Below, piece by piece: positions 8,568 through 17,874 of a stretch of DNA of 64,000 bases. Each line of letters begins with the position of its first letter. Positions within the stretch are counted from its first letter, which is position 1. The stretch is from Candidatus Poribacteria bacterium. GTDB lineage: Bacteria; Poribacteria; WGA-4E; PCPOR2b. The notes beneath the pieces are model-generated. The model worked only from the letters and a program-made list of their open reading frames with translations, did no database searches and was not told the origin of the DNA. A program made the translations under genes and the position numbers. The stretch is from the NCBI GenBank assembly GCA_965215015.1, contig OZ244042.1, forward strand, positions 5,879,282-5,943,281. Reading direction: 5' to 3'.

Positions 8568-9755
8568 TTAGAGCGGGCAGACTCCATCTACTTCGATGAT
8601 AGGAGGCTCAACGTCTGTGTCCTGTCGAGGACAACGCCCTTTAAATCTGACTTGTAACTCTCTTGAGTTCAAAAGCTCTAAATCCAATTGAAGTACATCT
8701 TCAACCGTGTTTGAAAGTTTCAAGTAGAGCACCGAGATTAAACGAGCGAATTTCTCGAACCTCCCGGTTGTTTGTCCAAAAGACTGATAGAGCGTTGGGA
8801 TAGGGGATTTGAGGATTTGTAGACCAGTTTCATGATATGTGCCGTCTAATTGATACGCCAGATTAGGTCGATTTAGAAAAGGACTGACAGTTTCTGGCTT
8901 TTCATCGAGAAGAATTCTTCTTGTTCGCATTTCGGCGATTTGATCCGGTGAAATATTGCTGAATGTCATATCACCAAAAAAATTGTCATGTTGTCCGTGA
9001 CTATCCTCTTCCAAAACAACTTCCCAAACGGTTTGAGAGCCAGACGTAGTTTGAGAAATCTCCCGTGGGGTTACCCATGTGGCATCTTCCCCGAGCGCAA
9101 AACCAAAGATATTATGAAGAGGAACCATGCCGCCAAGATTGTTTCGCAGTGAACGGAGAAAGGCAGCTTCTTCGGATAGTTCTGGAAGTAGTTCAAGATA
9201 GATTCCCGTTGAATCCCAACGCGCATTTTGCAATGGAACAAAACACGATTGCTTGTCTTTTGTATATAATAGTACAAATTCACTAGGAGCACTCACAGCT
9301 GCAGCAGACATTGATATATCACTGCTCGCTGGCTGCGATGTGTTGCCCGACAACTTCGTTACTAAGGTTTGATAGATTTCTTCCATATTCATTGAATTTA
9401 AATCAAGATATCCGACTGTCAACAAAATTCCTGGAATCTCTGTATCGTCAATCCGGATCGGAAGAATATACTCCTGGTTTTCCTGAAACGCCCTTGCTTG
9501 AGCAGTTTGGAGCTCGTGTTTCGTCCACAACCTCTGTGCATAGTGTTTAGACAGAAATATGACACAGTAACGCGCTTGATCCTTGTAAATCGATGAAAAG
9601 TGATCATAGAGGTTTTTGCCCCAAAGTTGTGGCTGCTCAAATTCATCATAAAAGACAGAATATCCCCCTGTCTTGAGAAGTTTGGCTAACTGCTCGGCGG
9701 AGTCTCGATCCTCCCCAGCAAACGACAAGGCAACGTCATATTGTTTTTCTTTCAT
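8568..9755 (-). CDS. TIR_2 domain protein with uncharacterised C-terminal domain
   Basis: YDVALSFAGEDR, VFYD, WTKHEL (catalytic Glu), YILPIRIDD in the first ~135 aa; the remaining ~250 aa are not recognised. Confidence 0.85.
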   Translation of the reverse strand: MKEKQYDVALSFAGEDRDSAEQLAKLLKTGGYSVFYDEFEQPQLWGKNLYDHFSSIYKDQARYCVIFLSKHYAQRLWTKHELQTAQARAFQENQEYILPIRIDDTEIPGILLTVGYLDLNSMNMEEIYQTLVTKLSGNTSQPASSDISMSAAAVSAPSEFVLLYTKDKQSCFVPLQNARWDSTGIYLELLPELSEEAAFLRSLRNNLGGMVPLHNIFGFALGEDATWVTPREISQTTSGSQTVWEVVLEEDSHGQHDNFFGDMTFSNISPDQIAEMRTRRILLDEKPETVSPFLNRPNLAYQLDGTYHETGLQILKSPIPTLYQSFGQTTGRFEKFARLISVLYLKLSNTVEDVLQLDLELLNSRELQVRFKGRCPRQDTDVEPPIIEVDGVCPL

Positions 9756-9863
9756 CTTTTACGTCCTTTGAATGTATTTTGATTTGCGACTCTTGATAAT
9801 ATATCACATGATTTAAGTATACCCTACAAATGTTAAGTTTGCAATAGAGTTGTACGGTAACCC

Positions 9864-12800
9864 CTAACCGCCCCTCAAGCTACTCGCTTTCTGCAGCCGT
9901 GCCTCCACAAGATGAATAACTGCCTCATACACACCATCCCGTTCCCCTTGTGTAAGGTTGAGGGCGTCAAAGATGATGGCGTCAAGAGCACGACGGTCAG
10001 GGGTAACATCAAAAACATTCTGCTTGTTTTTTGTAATTTCTGCACTGATATCGTTAACCGAACGTGACGTAAGTTCAGTAAAAATGGGTTGTAAGTCTTT
10101 TTTCGATTCTCGACTGAGGTGTTCAGGATATATCAGCAATGGTGTTCTTTTGAGGTCTTCCACTAGAATGCGCACAGCTCCTCCTCCCAATCCTCGCCTA
10201 CCGAGTGTTTCAATAAAAAGCCAAGTTAACGTTGAGTTCAAACTCGCGCAAATTTGCCAATCTAGATCTGGATTATGAAGATAAATACCATGAAAATTAT
10301 GCGTAAATGCAATCATTTCTGGATTGAATCGGCAAATATGCCTTTTTCCTCTAATATCATCCCAAACTAAAGGTGTCCTCACAATCTGTTTCTCATCTAT
10401 AAGATCAATACGCAAATGTGTCTTGACATCGTTTGATTTGATTATAATATCGTCAAATTCACGAGGAGATTTCAGTACAGGGATTGTTGCTTCCCTACTG
10501 AGCTGATTCTTGCTTGCCATAATTTCACTATTACGCCCCTGCCTACTCCAAGATACGCTCACCACTTTTCCTATAGAAGGTTCGATGGAAACCAGCTTAT
10601 CCCTCCCCTTCTCCAATATCGTCCAGTAGATGTCCGGGGCGCGGAGATACTTCCCGCCCCACTTATCACCTGTATACCTCGTTCGAGGAGCACCCTCATC
10701 GGTGCCCCCTGCCAAAAGGTCTCCTTGCGAAATCGGAAAGATACGGTGTTCGGGGGTACTGCGCCGTTCGTTTGCCTCCTCGACCTCCTCAAAGAGAACC
10801 GCATCTAAAACCCCCTCAAACGGAGTTTTAAACATAATAAACCGTGCCGTCTGCGCCAATCCTAACTCGCGTTTTTCATCGGGGGCGGAGAAGAGGCAGA
10901 TAACTGTGTTCACATCAGCCGAAGCGAAGGAACGCCGCGACTGATTATCGATAATCTGCTTGATGTGACAATGCTTGACGGTAAACTCCTGAAGATCCTT
11001 GCCGTAGCCGACATCAAGCCACGAATTGGAGGTGATGAAACAGAACGCCCCTTTCGGGTTCAGGAGAGAGAGCCCGTGAAAATAGAAGTAGATGTAGAGA
11101 TCGCTTTTCGCATCTAGCTTGTGAGAGACCGCAGCCGACGGATTATCGGATGTAATGTCCTTTTCGCGTCTGTAGCGAAAGAAGCGCGGAAAGGCTTGAT
11201 ACACCGAACGGGCAAGTTGCGCTTTGTACGCCTTTTTGTTTTCCCTCGTGACCTGTTCACGCGGGAGGTTCGGATCGGCGATGCTCTCCTGTCGGACATA
11301 CGGCGGGTTGCCGATGACGATATCAAAACCACCCTTTTCACCCGTGAAGATTTCGACGAAGGCGATGTCCCAGACAAACGGCACACCCCCCGCCCTCACC
11401 AGCGCGCTGCGAGCCGCTTCAAGCCGATAGAGGGCTTCGGTCAAGGTTTCAATCTGCTGTCGCCACTCCATCGCCTGCAGCTCCAGCTGACGGTCAGACC
11501 TCTCTTCGATAGTGCCATCAAGTCGCATCTGCCGTTCTTGGGGGCCGTCGATTTGCTGTCGTAGACTCTCAGTTCGCTCTTCAATGTTTTTGGCGCGGGT
11601 ATCAATCAGTTCACGGAAAAGTCGGAGCTCCTCCTCTGCCAACTCCTCTTCAGATCGATAGGGACAATTGGGATCGTTGTTGAAAAACTGTAACTTGGCG
11701 TTTTTCAAACGGGTAATCCGGCCCTTTAACGCGCGCGGCATACCGATAAACGCATCGCGGAGGGTGGAGAGGTTCATACCCCCAATCTCTTGGACGAGGC
11801 TATCGCCGCATCGGATGTTGAACGAAAAGTGAGGCAGCAACGGCTCATTCTGCAGATGCAGCGCTTCACGGGAAAATTCCGCATCGATGACCAGGGCGAG
11901 CCACAGTCGTAACTCCGCCACATGACACGCCCACTCCATCACGTCCACACCGTAGAGGTTTTGACCGATGATGCGCTTCTTGCGGTCAAAGCTGGATTCC
12001 AAGCGTCCGAGCCCTTGATTGATTCTATCGCGCAGGTCATCGAGGATGTGCAGCATCCCAACCAGGAAAGAACCTGAGCCGCAGGCAGGATCGACGAGTG
12101 CCAGCCTTTTTAGGTGGGTGTCGAGGGGGTCCCACAACCGCGCCGCTGCGAGTTTCCCATCTGCTTCTGCTTTATCGTCCGGATGAAAGGCAAAGAGCAC
12201 CTCGTAGAGGAGGAGTTTATGTTCCTGTCCTAAGTGGTTCGTCAAGTTGTCCACCAGCGCGAGACGGCACATCAGATCAATCTCTGTGCGGGGGGTGTAG
12301 AAGATGCCAGCGTCCCCACGTTCATCCGCTTCAGCCGAGACATTGACGAGGCTTTCATAAACCTTTCCAATCATCTCCGGATCGACGGCGACCTCCTGAT
12401 CGAGGGGGCTATCTTCAGCGATGGTGAAGTTGTATTTTTCAAGAAAATCAAAAATCGCCTTGAAACGGTGATCAGAAATCTGGAAATCGTGTGCTCCATC
12501 GAGGGCATTCTCCCTAAACAGCCCTCCGTTGAGATAAGGGGCTAACGCCAATGCCTCTCGGATGTGGTCGGGGAAATGGCGATGCCCGCCGTGAAACCTG
12601 TTATTGAACGCCTCAAAGAATAGAACGTTGAGCCAGCGATTGACAAACGAATTGGTTGGTTCCCTTGTTGCTTGATAGCTCTCCCAAAACGAGCGGAGAA
12701 ACTCGGTATCTTCACCGAGCCACCGTTTGCGCTGAATAAAGTAGAGGAACATGCAACGGTTGAGGAACTGTAACGCATAATCGTGCGCCCAGCGACAATC

Positions 12801-13418
12801 TGCGGTCTGGCTCGCCAAGTCCTCCTGAAGGATTTGGAAAACGCGTTTATAGTCTTCAAAGAATCGTTTTGTGACGTCCTCGACATCGAAGGCTGCTTCA
12901 TGACGGATCTGAATTTCGAGTGGCGACAGTGCTTCCGTATCGGGACTGATAGATGCCAAGTCAAGCATTGCAATCCTTTCGGACGCGGTGCGGAGTTTCT
13001 CATACGGGCTAATTGTGATGCGGCGGAATAGGCGGCGTCTCTCGAAGTCGTCTGCGTCGTATTTGACATTGACAAAGTGCCAATCCGTTTGGTCTCGGTT
13101 GCTGAAAACGAACAGAGTATAGGGGTGATTTTCAAGGAGCTTAGAGATGACAGGCCGTTCAGCGGTCAGCAGCAGGCGGTCTGAGTTGAGACGGGCATAG
13201 ATGACCTTAAAAGCGTCGTCTGTTCCGCCTGTCGCAAAAAGGACTGGATCGTCGGCGAGGGCGTTTTTAGCGGTGTCGGTCCAGTCCTGGCGGGCAATCC
13301 CGTCGTTTTGACGGTCGTAGTTTAACTCTGTCCAGAACAGCTTCCGGAGGGGTTCAATTCCACGAAAGTTCTTGAGAATGCCAAAGATGTTCTCTTGATG
13401 GTCGAGGTCGTGTAGCAT
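9864..13418 (-). CDS. Eco57I-like / type IIG-class N6-adenine DNA methyltransferase with target recognition domain
   Basis: YLNGGLF, GIFYTP, motif I DPACGSGSF, motif IV GNPPY, DLYIYF and FITSNSWL. Confidence 0.9.
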   Translation of the reverse strand: MLHDLDHQENIFGILKNFRGIEPLRKLFWTELNYDRQNDGIARQDWTDTAKNALADDPVLFATGGTDDAFKVIYARLNSDRLLLTAERPVISKLLENHPYTLFVFSNRDQTDWHFVNVKYDADDFERRRLFRRITISPYEKLRTASERIAMLDLASISPDTEALSPLEIQIRHEAAFDVEDVTKRFFEDYKRVFQILQEDLASQTADCRWAHDYALQFLNRCMFLYFIQRKRWLGEDTEFLRSFWESYQATREPTNSFVNRWLNVLFFEAFNNRFHGGHRHFPDHIREALALAPYLNGGLFRENALDGAHDFQISDHRFKAIFDFLEKYNFTIAEDSPLDQEVAVDPEMIGKVYESLVNVSAEADERGDAGIFYTPRTEIDLMCRLALVDNLTNHLGQEHKLLLYEVLFAFHPDDKAEADGKLAAARLWDPLDTHLKRLALVDPACGSGSFLVGMLHILDDLRDRINQGLGRLESSFDRKKRIIGQNLYGVDVMEWACHVAELRLWLALVIDAEFSREALHLQNEPLLPHFSFNIRCGDSLVQEIGGMNLSTLRDAFIGMPRALKGRITRLKNAKLQFFNNDPNCPYRSEEELAEEELRLFRELIDTRAKNIEERTESLRQQIDGPQERQMRLDGTIEERSDRQLELQAMEWRQQIETLTEALYRLEAARSALVRAGGVPFVWDIAFVEIFTGEKGGFDIVIGNPPYVRQESIADPNLPREQVTRENKKAYKAQLARSVYQAFPRFFRYRREKDITSDNPSAAVSHKLDAKSDLYIYFYFHGLSLLNPKGAFCFITSNSWLDVGYGKDLQEFTVKHCHIKQIIDNQSRRSFASADVNTVICLFSAPDEKRELGLAQTARFIMFKTPFEGVLDAVLFEEVEEANERRSTPEHRIFPISQGDLLAGGTDEGAPRTRYTGDKWGGKYLRAPDIYWTILEKGRDKLVSIEPSIGKVVSVSWSRQGRNSEIMASKNQLSREATIPVLKSPREFDDIIIKSNDVKTHLRIDLIDEKQIVRTPLVWDDIRGKRHICRFNPEMIAFTHNFHGIYLHNPDLDWQICASLNSTLTWLFIETLGRRGLGGGAVRILVEDLKRTPLLIYPEHLSRESKKDLQPIFTELTSRSVNDISAEITKNKQNVFDVTPDRRALDAIIFDALNLTQGERDGVYEAVIHLVEARLQKASSLRGG

Positions 13419-13475
13419 AGGGAGTCTCCATCCATGAGTTGATAGTACCTTAGACTAATAGGAGTTACGCAGTAA

Positions 13476-13785
13476 GTTTGTATCGCGCATTCATCGCGCC
13501 TCTTTAACAGTTTGTAGTAGTGCAATTCATTGCACGTCAAAAGTCAGGAGGGGAAGCCCCCCCTTACGGGAGCCGTTTGTGTCGCGCGTTCATCGCGCCT
13601 CTTTAAGGGAGTCAGCATCCGCCGTATGCTGTATGTACCCTCCTTCCCTCCTTAAGCCCCCCACAGGCAGGGGGCATGGCCCCTCCCCCTGCTTGCGGGG
13701 GGACCGAGGGGGGTTCTTACCCCCCACTTGCGGGCACAGTTTGTAGTAGTGCAATTCATTGCACGTCAAAAGTTAGGGGGGGTAA
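13476..13785. repeat. composite REP/BIME-like palindrome cluster
   Basis: GTAGTAGTGCAATTCATTGCACGT at 13514 and 13743, related palindromes near 13479 and 13579, and C-run/GCTTGCGGGGGG hairpins. The same module order recurs at 19500-19665. Confidence 0.75.
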
Positions 13786-13793
13786 GATCTTTC

Positions 13794-14165
13794 CTATTCC
13801 CATTTAGTCTGCCCGGAGGTGCTTGTATGCTTATTATACTTGTCGATATAGTCCTCCCGTAGGGGAGTGAAGATATCGAGGACGCGTGCAGGCCCCTTGG
13901 CAACAACGCCTGAATGCACCACATTTGGTGGAATAATGAACGCCTCCCCGGGTTTTAGAATCCTTTCCTCTGAACCGATTCTGAACTGTAGCTCCCCCGA
14001 AAGCACTAAGCCTGCCTGTTCATGTGGATGGCTATGTTCTGGAACTTCACTGCCTTCCGCCATCTCCAAAAAGGACAGCATCAGCCCTTCTCCAGCAACA
14101 ATACCACTGAGTGCCCCTGGAAATAGTTCCATTTTCGGTAGTTCCTCGGCAGCGATAAACGGCAT
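13794..14165 (-). CDS. cupin domain protein
   Basis: PEHSHPHEQ and IIPPNVVH cupin motifs. Confidence 0.9.
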   Translation of the reverse strand: MPFIAAEELPKMELFPGALSGIVAGEGLMLSFLEMAEGSEVPEHSHPHEQAGLVLSGELQFRIGSEERILKPGEAFIIPPNVVHSGVVAKGPARVLDIFTPLREDYIDKYNKHTSTSGQTKWE

Positions 14166-14187
14166 ATTCTTCCTCCTGAAATTACCC

Positions 14188-14224
14188 TAAAAAAAATAAA
14201 GGGGCGGCAACTCGTCCCGCCCCT
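14188..14224 (-). terminator. intrinsic terminator-like hairpin
   Basis: Minus strand AGGGGCGG-GACGAGTTG-CCGCCCCT followed by TTATTTTTTTT. Confidence 0.55.
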
Positions 14225-14276
14225 GACATCATAGAGATTTTCAGCTATCATATCCGCTCTTGAGCGGTTATGTTTT

Positions 14277-14330
14277 CGCAATGAGTAGATAGGGACTTTT
14301 CTCTGAATTTAACGCAACATCGCCCCTCTC
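14277..14330. repeat. dispersed repeat ATGAGTAG...CTTTTCTCTGAATTTAACGCAA, copy 1
   Basis: The same motif occurs at about 44943 and 63847. Confidence 0.75.
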
Positions 14331-14476
14331 CCACCAACAAATTCCCCCCTGCTAAATACCCGGTGGGTTGTCCGTCAATTCTAGGCTCAATGAGCCTACC
14401 CCCCTCAATCCCCCCGCAAGCGGGGGGAAGAGATACCGTATGGGTATTTGGGGTTAGGGGGGTAACGCCTTATTCC

Positions 14477-14932
14477 CTATTTTTTTATAACCTTAATCTC
14501 TTTCGATGCCCGCCAAGGAGCGGTATGGTTTGGTTGCTCCATTGCAACCAATGTCGTGCTCTCTTCCAAAGCAATCGTAAAAGTGACTTTAGGCATGGTA
14601 TAGATTGGGTGCAGATACGCTCGCGCTATTTCGACATCATTTTTGTAGATGCCGATCCAGTTGACGTAGTGCTCATAAAGGGTGGGGTGGATTGCCCCGG
14701 CACCGATTGTTACGGTTACATCGAACCATTCCCCGACACCGACCTCATCCGGACATTCGATCTTCGGTGTGTGTTTCTCATCATATTCAGTTTTAACGTG
14801 TTTGAAATCTCCAATGACCTCTTCGTCAAATACCTGATTGGCAATCACGGGAATCGCAATCAGCACAGCGATGATTCCGAGACTTAACGCCCCAATCCTG
14901 AAAGGCTTTTTCTGCAATAATTGAAATAACAA
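14477..14932 (-). CDS. exported superoxide reductase/neelaredoxin-like (class II SORL) protein
   Basis: N-terminal signal/TM segment, EKHTP and HP-x3-EH-x3-W motifs; the C-terminal CNxHG motif is altered to QPNHT. Confidence 0.75.
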   Translation of the reverse strand: MLFQLLQKKPFRIGALSLGIIAVLIAIPVIANQVFDEEVIGDFKHVKTEYDEKHTPKIECPDEVGVGEWFDVTVTIGAGAIHPTLYEHYVNWIGIYKNDVEIARAYLHPIYTMPKVTFTIALEESTTLVAMEQPNHTAPWRASKEIKVIKK

Positions 14933-15062
14933 GGTTTATTCCTCCTGTTGTTGATAGATTGAAGTACTAAATAATTGTAACACACGGTTGGAAACAGTGC
15001 CAACGAAAACTTCCACCGAATGCTTTTTCTGTCCTTACATGAATTTGAGTTCAAGTAAGATG

Positions 15063-15491
15063 CTAATTCAACGAGGGCACTGCTGCGGTGCCAGAAAGTG
15101 CCACTTCTCGCGGCAACGGGGACGCATGGTGATGCACCATCTTCCAACCTTCACCCTCCTGTTTGAAAACGTTTGTCGCTTGGGCAAAGGATATACCCAT
15201 CCTACCGTCGGCAAAGGTGTGGATAGATTCTACGCACGTCACCCAAGCAAATTGGTTATCGGTGTGGATCGCAACCTCGCTGGGCTGAATGTGCATTCGA
15301 TGTGTGTTCTGGAAGATATTTACCCAACTCGCCCGAATCTCCTCCCAGCCAGTGATTGTCTCCCAATTCGGATGAACACATTGCACCCAATTCGCTTGTA
15401 GCCATACGCTGTCCATCATGTCAATATTCAGATTTTGCATTGCTTGATAAAAGTTGAGGTTTGCCTGCTCAACCTGCTGTTCGTCTGTCAT
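15063..15491 (-). CDS. SnoaL-like / NTF2 family protein
   Basis: ANLNFYQA...CVHP.W...GW..I..SW...ATNVF...WKMVHHHAS. Confidence 0.85.
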   Translation of the reverse strand: MTDEQQVEQANLNFYQAMQNLNIDMMDSVWLQANWVQCVHPNWETITGWEEIRASWVNIFQNTHRMHIQPSEVAIHTDNQFAWVTCVESIHTFADGRMGISFAQATNVFKQEGEGWKMVHHHASPLPREVALSGTAAVPSLN

Positions 15492-15520
15492 TTGCTTCTC
15501 CTCCGTTGACGTTCACCTGT

Positions 15521-16156
15521 CTATGTCTGCCTTCGCCCGAGCCAACCGTCGAAAACTGCATATCCCCAAAAGAGCAGGAGTTGAATCAGCCCGGTAATCT
15601 TAAACTGCCAGCGGGGGCGGAACCGCCATTGGGCGGTGCTATAAACGTCTAACCCATATTCGCTTTTCCTCACAGAATATGTCTGGTAGTAATCATCTAT
15701 TAACCACCAGCTGCCCTCCTTTTTCGTTGAAACTGTCGCCCCTCTATAAATTAAGACTTTATGCTTCCGAAACTCCTTTACTAGTTCCGCTGAAAGTGCT
15801 TTTTTGTCTACCAGATAGCTTCCTAAATCTGCGGTAATCCGAAACATGAACCTGCTATCGGATGTGTATAGGGTGTAACCGCGCCATTGCTTCGGGGCCT
15901 TATCTTCCGAAGTCGAATCAGTTGTTTCTGAATGTGGTTCCGTTTGTTCTGCTGCCCCCTGTTCAGTTCGATCTATGCGAATCAGATCTCGCCAACTGGT
16001 CACGGGCAATGAATTGGCGTAGATAAGCAGCATTGCAGAGATCGCACCTATAAATATAAGGACACCCTTCAACAGCTGACGCAGATAAATCTGTCCCAAT
16101 CCGGGAATAATCATTGACAGCAGCATAGCCCGGTAAGATCGCATTCCTTTTTCCAT
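15521..16156 (-). CDS. membrane protein (DUF5683-like PGLGQ motif)
   Basis: AMLLSMIIPGLGQIY; TM segments at both ends. Confidence 0.65.
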   Translation of the reverse strand: MEKGMRSYRAMLLSMIIPGLGQIYLRQLLKGVLIFIGAISAMLLIYANSLPVTSWRDLIRIDRTEQGAAEQTEPHSETTDSTSEDKAPKQWRGYTLYTSDSRFMFRITADLGSYLVDKKALSAELVKEFRKHKVLIYRGATVSTKKEGSWWLIDDYYQTYSVRKSEYGLDVYSTAQWRFRPRWQFKITGLIQLLLFWGYAVFDGWLGRRQT

Positions 16157-16209
16157 TCTGATTCTCCTTAGTACAAGTACACACCAGCTTTACGTTTCAC
16201 CTCACACGG

Positions 16210-17526
16210 TCATTTTTTTATCTTTTCCAAATACTCGCGGATGCGCTGTTCATATCCAATCTCGGTGGGTTCATAGTACCGTTTATCGCGCAAGGCATCG
16301 GGGAGGTAATCCTGTTGCACGGTGTGGTCTTCAAAATCGTGAGCGTACTTGTATTCCTTTCCGTAACCGAGTTCCTTCATTAGCTGTGTCGGCGCGTTTC
16401 GCAGGTGAAGCGGTACGGGATAGGCGGGTTCTTCGCGCACACTTTTCTGCGCTGCAAGCAGAGCCAGATACGCAGCGTTGCTTTTTGGGGCGCAGGCGAG
16501 ATAGATAGCGGCGTGTGCCAAGTTCAATTGTGCCTCTGGGAGCCCGACAAATTCAACCGCCCGGGCAGCTGCATCTGCAATCAGTAACCCCTGCGGGTCC
16601 GCGTTTCCAACATCCTCAGAAGCGAGGATTACCATGCGCCGCGCAATAAAGCGCGCATCTTCTCCCGCTTCCAAGAGGCGTGCGAGCCAATAGATGGCGG
16701 CATCGGGATCGGATCCACGTATACTCTTAATGAAAGCAGAAATTAAGTTATAGTGTTCATCGCCCGACTTGTCATGGCGCAACATCCGCTTTTGCACAGC
16801 ACTGCGGATAGTTTCGGCATCCAGGTGGCGCACCTGTTGCTCATCGGGTTTGCAGGTCTGTACGGCGAGCTCCAATGCGTTGAGGGCAAGGCGCACATCT
16901 CCATCAGCCACCTGAATTAAAGCAGCTGTGGCGTTCTCCGAAAGCGAAACCCGATACCTACCCAACCCCCGGTCGACGTCGGATAGAGCGCGGGCTAGTA
17001 ACTGGCCGATATGGGTTGATTCCAATGGACAGAAGGGATACACCTGCATCCGGGAGAGGAGGGGCGCATTGACCTCAAAGGAGGGATTTTCGGTTGTTGC
17101 ACCGATCAGCACAAGTGTACCATCCTCCACGAAGGAGAGCAGAAAATCCTGTTGCGCTTTATTGAAACGGTGGATTTCGTCCAAGAACAAAATCGTCCGT
17201 TGATTGTGGAATTTCAGGCGTTCTTCAGCTTGAGCAATCTGCTTACGTAATGCTGGCACCCCGGTTGTGCTGGCGTTGACATGCTCGAAATGCGCCTTTG
17301 TGCATTGAGCGATGATTTGCGCCAAAGTGGTTTTCCCACAGCCCGGTGGTCCCCAGAAAATGCAGGATGTCACCGTATCACCCGCAATCGCAAGGTAGAG
17401 GGGCTGCTCCGGTGCCAATAGATGGTCCTGCCCTACAAATTCGTCAAGCGTATCGGGCCGCATCCGGTGCGCTAGGGGACCAGATTTTTTCCGGTTCTCC
17501 TGTAGATTCTGGTCAAACAGGTCCAT
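16210..17526 (-). CDS. rarA: replication-associated recombination protein A (AAA+ ATPase)
   Basis: PLAHRMRP, GPPGCGKTT, DEIHRFNKAQQD, ATTENPSF, SAFIKSIRGSDPDAA, VPLHLRNAPT. Confidence 0.95.
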   Translation of the reverse strand: MDLFDQNLQENRKKSGPLAHRMRPDTLDEFVGQDHLLAPEQPLYLAIAGDTVTSCIFWGPPGCGKTTLAQIIAQCTKAHFEHVNASTTGVPALRKQIAQAEERLKFHNQRTILFLDEIHRFNKAQQDFLLSFVEDGTLVLIGATTENPSFEVNAPLLSRMQVYPFCPLESTHIGQLLARALSDVDRGLGRYRVSLSENATAALIQVADGDVRLALNALELAVQTCKPDEQQVRHLDAETIRSAVQKRMLRHDKSGDEHYNLISAFIKSIRGSDPDAAIYWLARLLEAGEDARFIARRMVILASEDVGNADPQGLLIADAAARAVEFVGLPEAQLNLAHAAIYLACAPKSNAAYLALLAAQKSVREEPAYPVPLHLRNAPTQLMKELGYGKEYKYAHDFEDHTVQQDYLPDALRDKRYYEPTEIGYEQRIREYLEKIKK

Positions 17527-17580
17527 GACTATCCACCCCCAATAGATTGGGATTTCGCCGCACTCAACCTACAATATACT

Positions 17581-17801
17581 TGAGGGATGCTCATAAAGGA
17601 ATCGGCACGCCCCGCGCACCGTAAACCCCACAACCGTTATGGCAGATGGCTTGGTGAATACTCAACTTCCATTAAACTCGCACAGAATCGGAAAAAACAT
17701 AGCCCTCCCGACTCCATAGGTAGGGCATCTTGCCCCACCGACTCATTGATCTCCATACCCGTCGGGCGTCCACGCGTAATCTGACCGATGAGCACTCCTC
17801 A
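17581..17801. mobile_element. MITE-like element, copy A
   Basis: Terminal inverted repeats TGAGGGATGCTCAT / ATGAGCACTCCTCA; internally similar to 32369-32616; no transposase. Confidence 0.7.
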
Positions 17802-17874
17802 CATAAATCAACTTGTCCGTAGTAGCACAATTCATTGCACGTTTGGTCGTAGCACAATCCATGGCACGTTAACG

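Noticed and set aside
14225-14280. Fluoride riboswitch (TAACCGC...GCTGA)
   Set aside because: The required upstream GGxGAUGGxGUUCxCC stem is absent.
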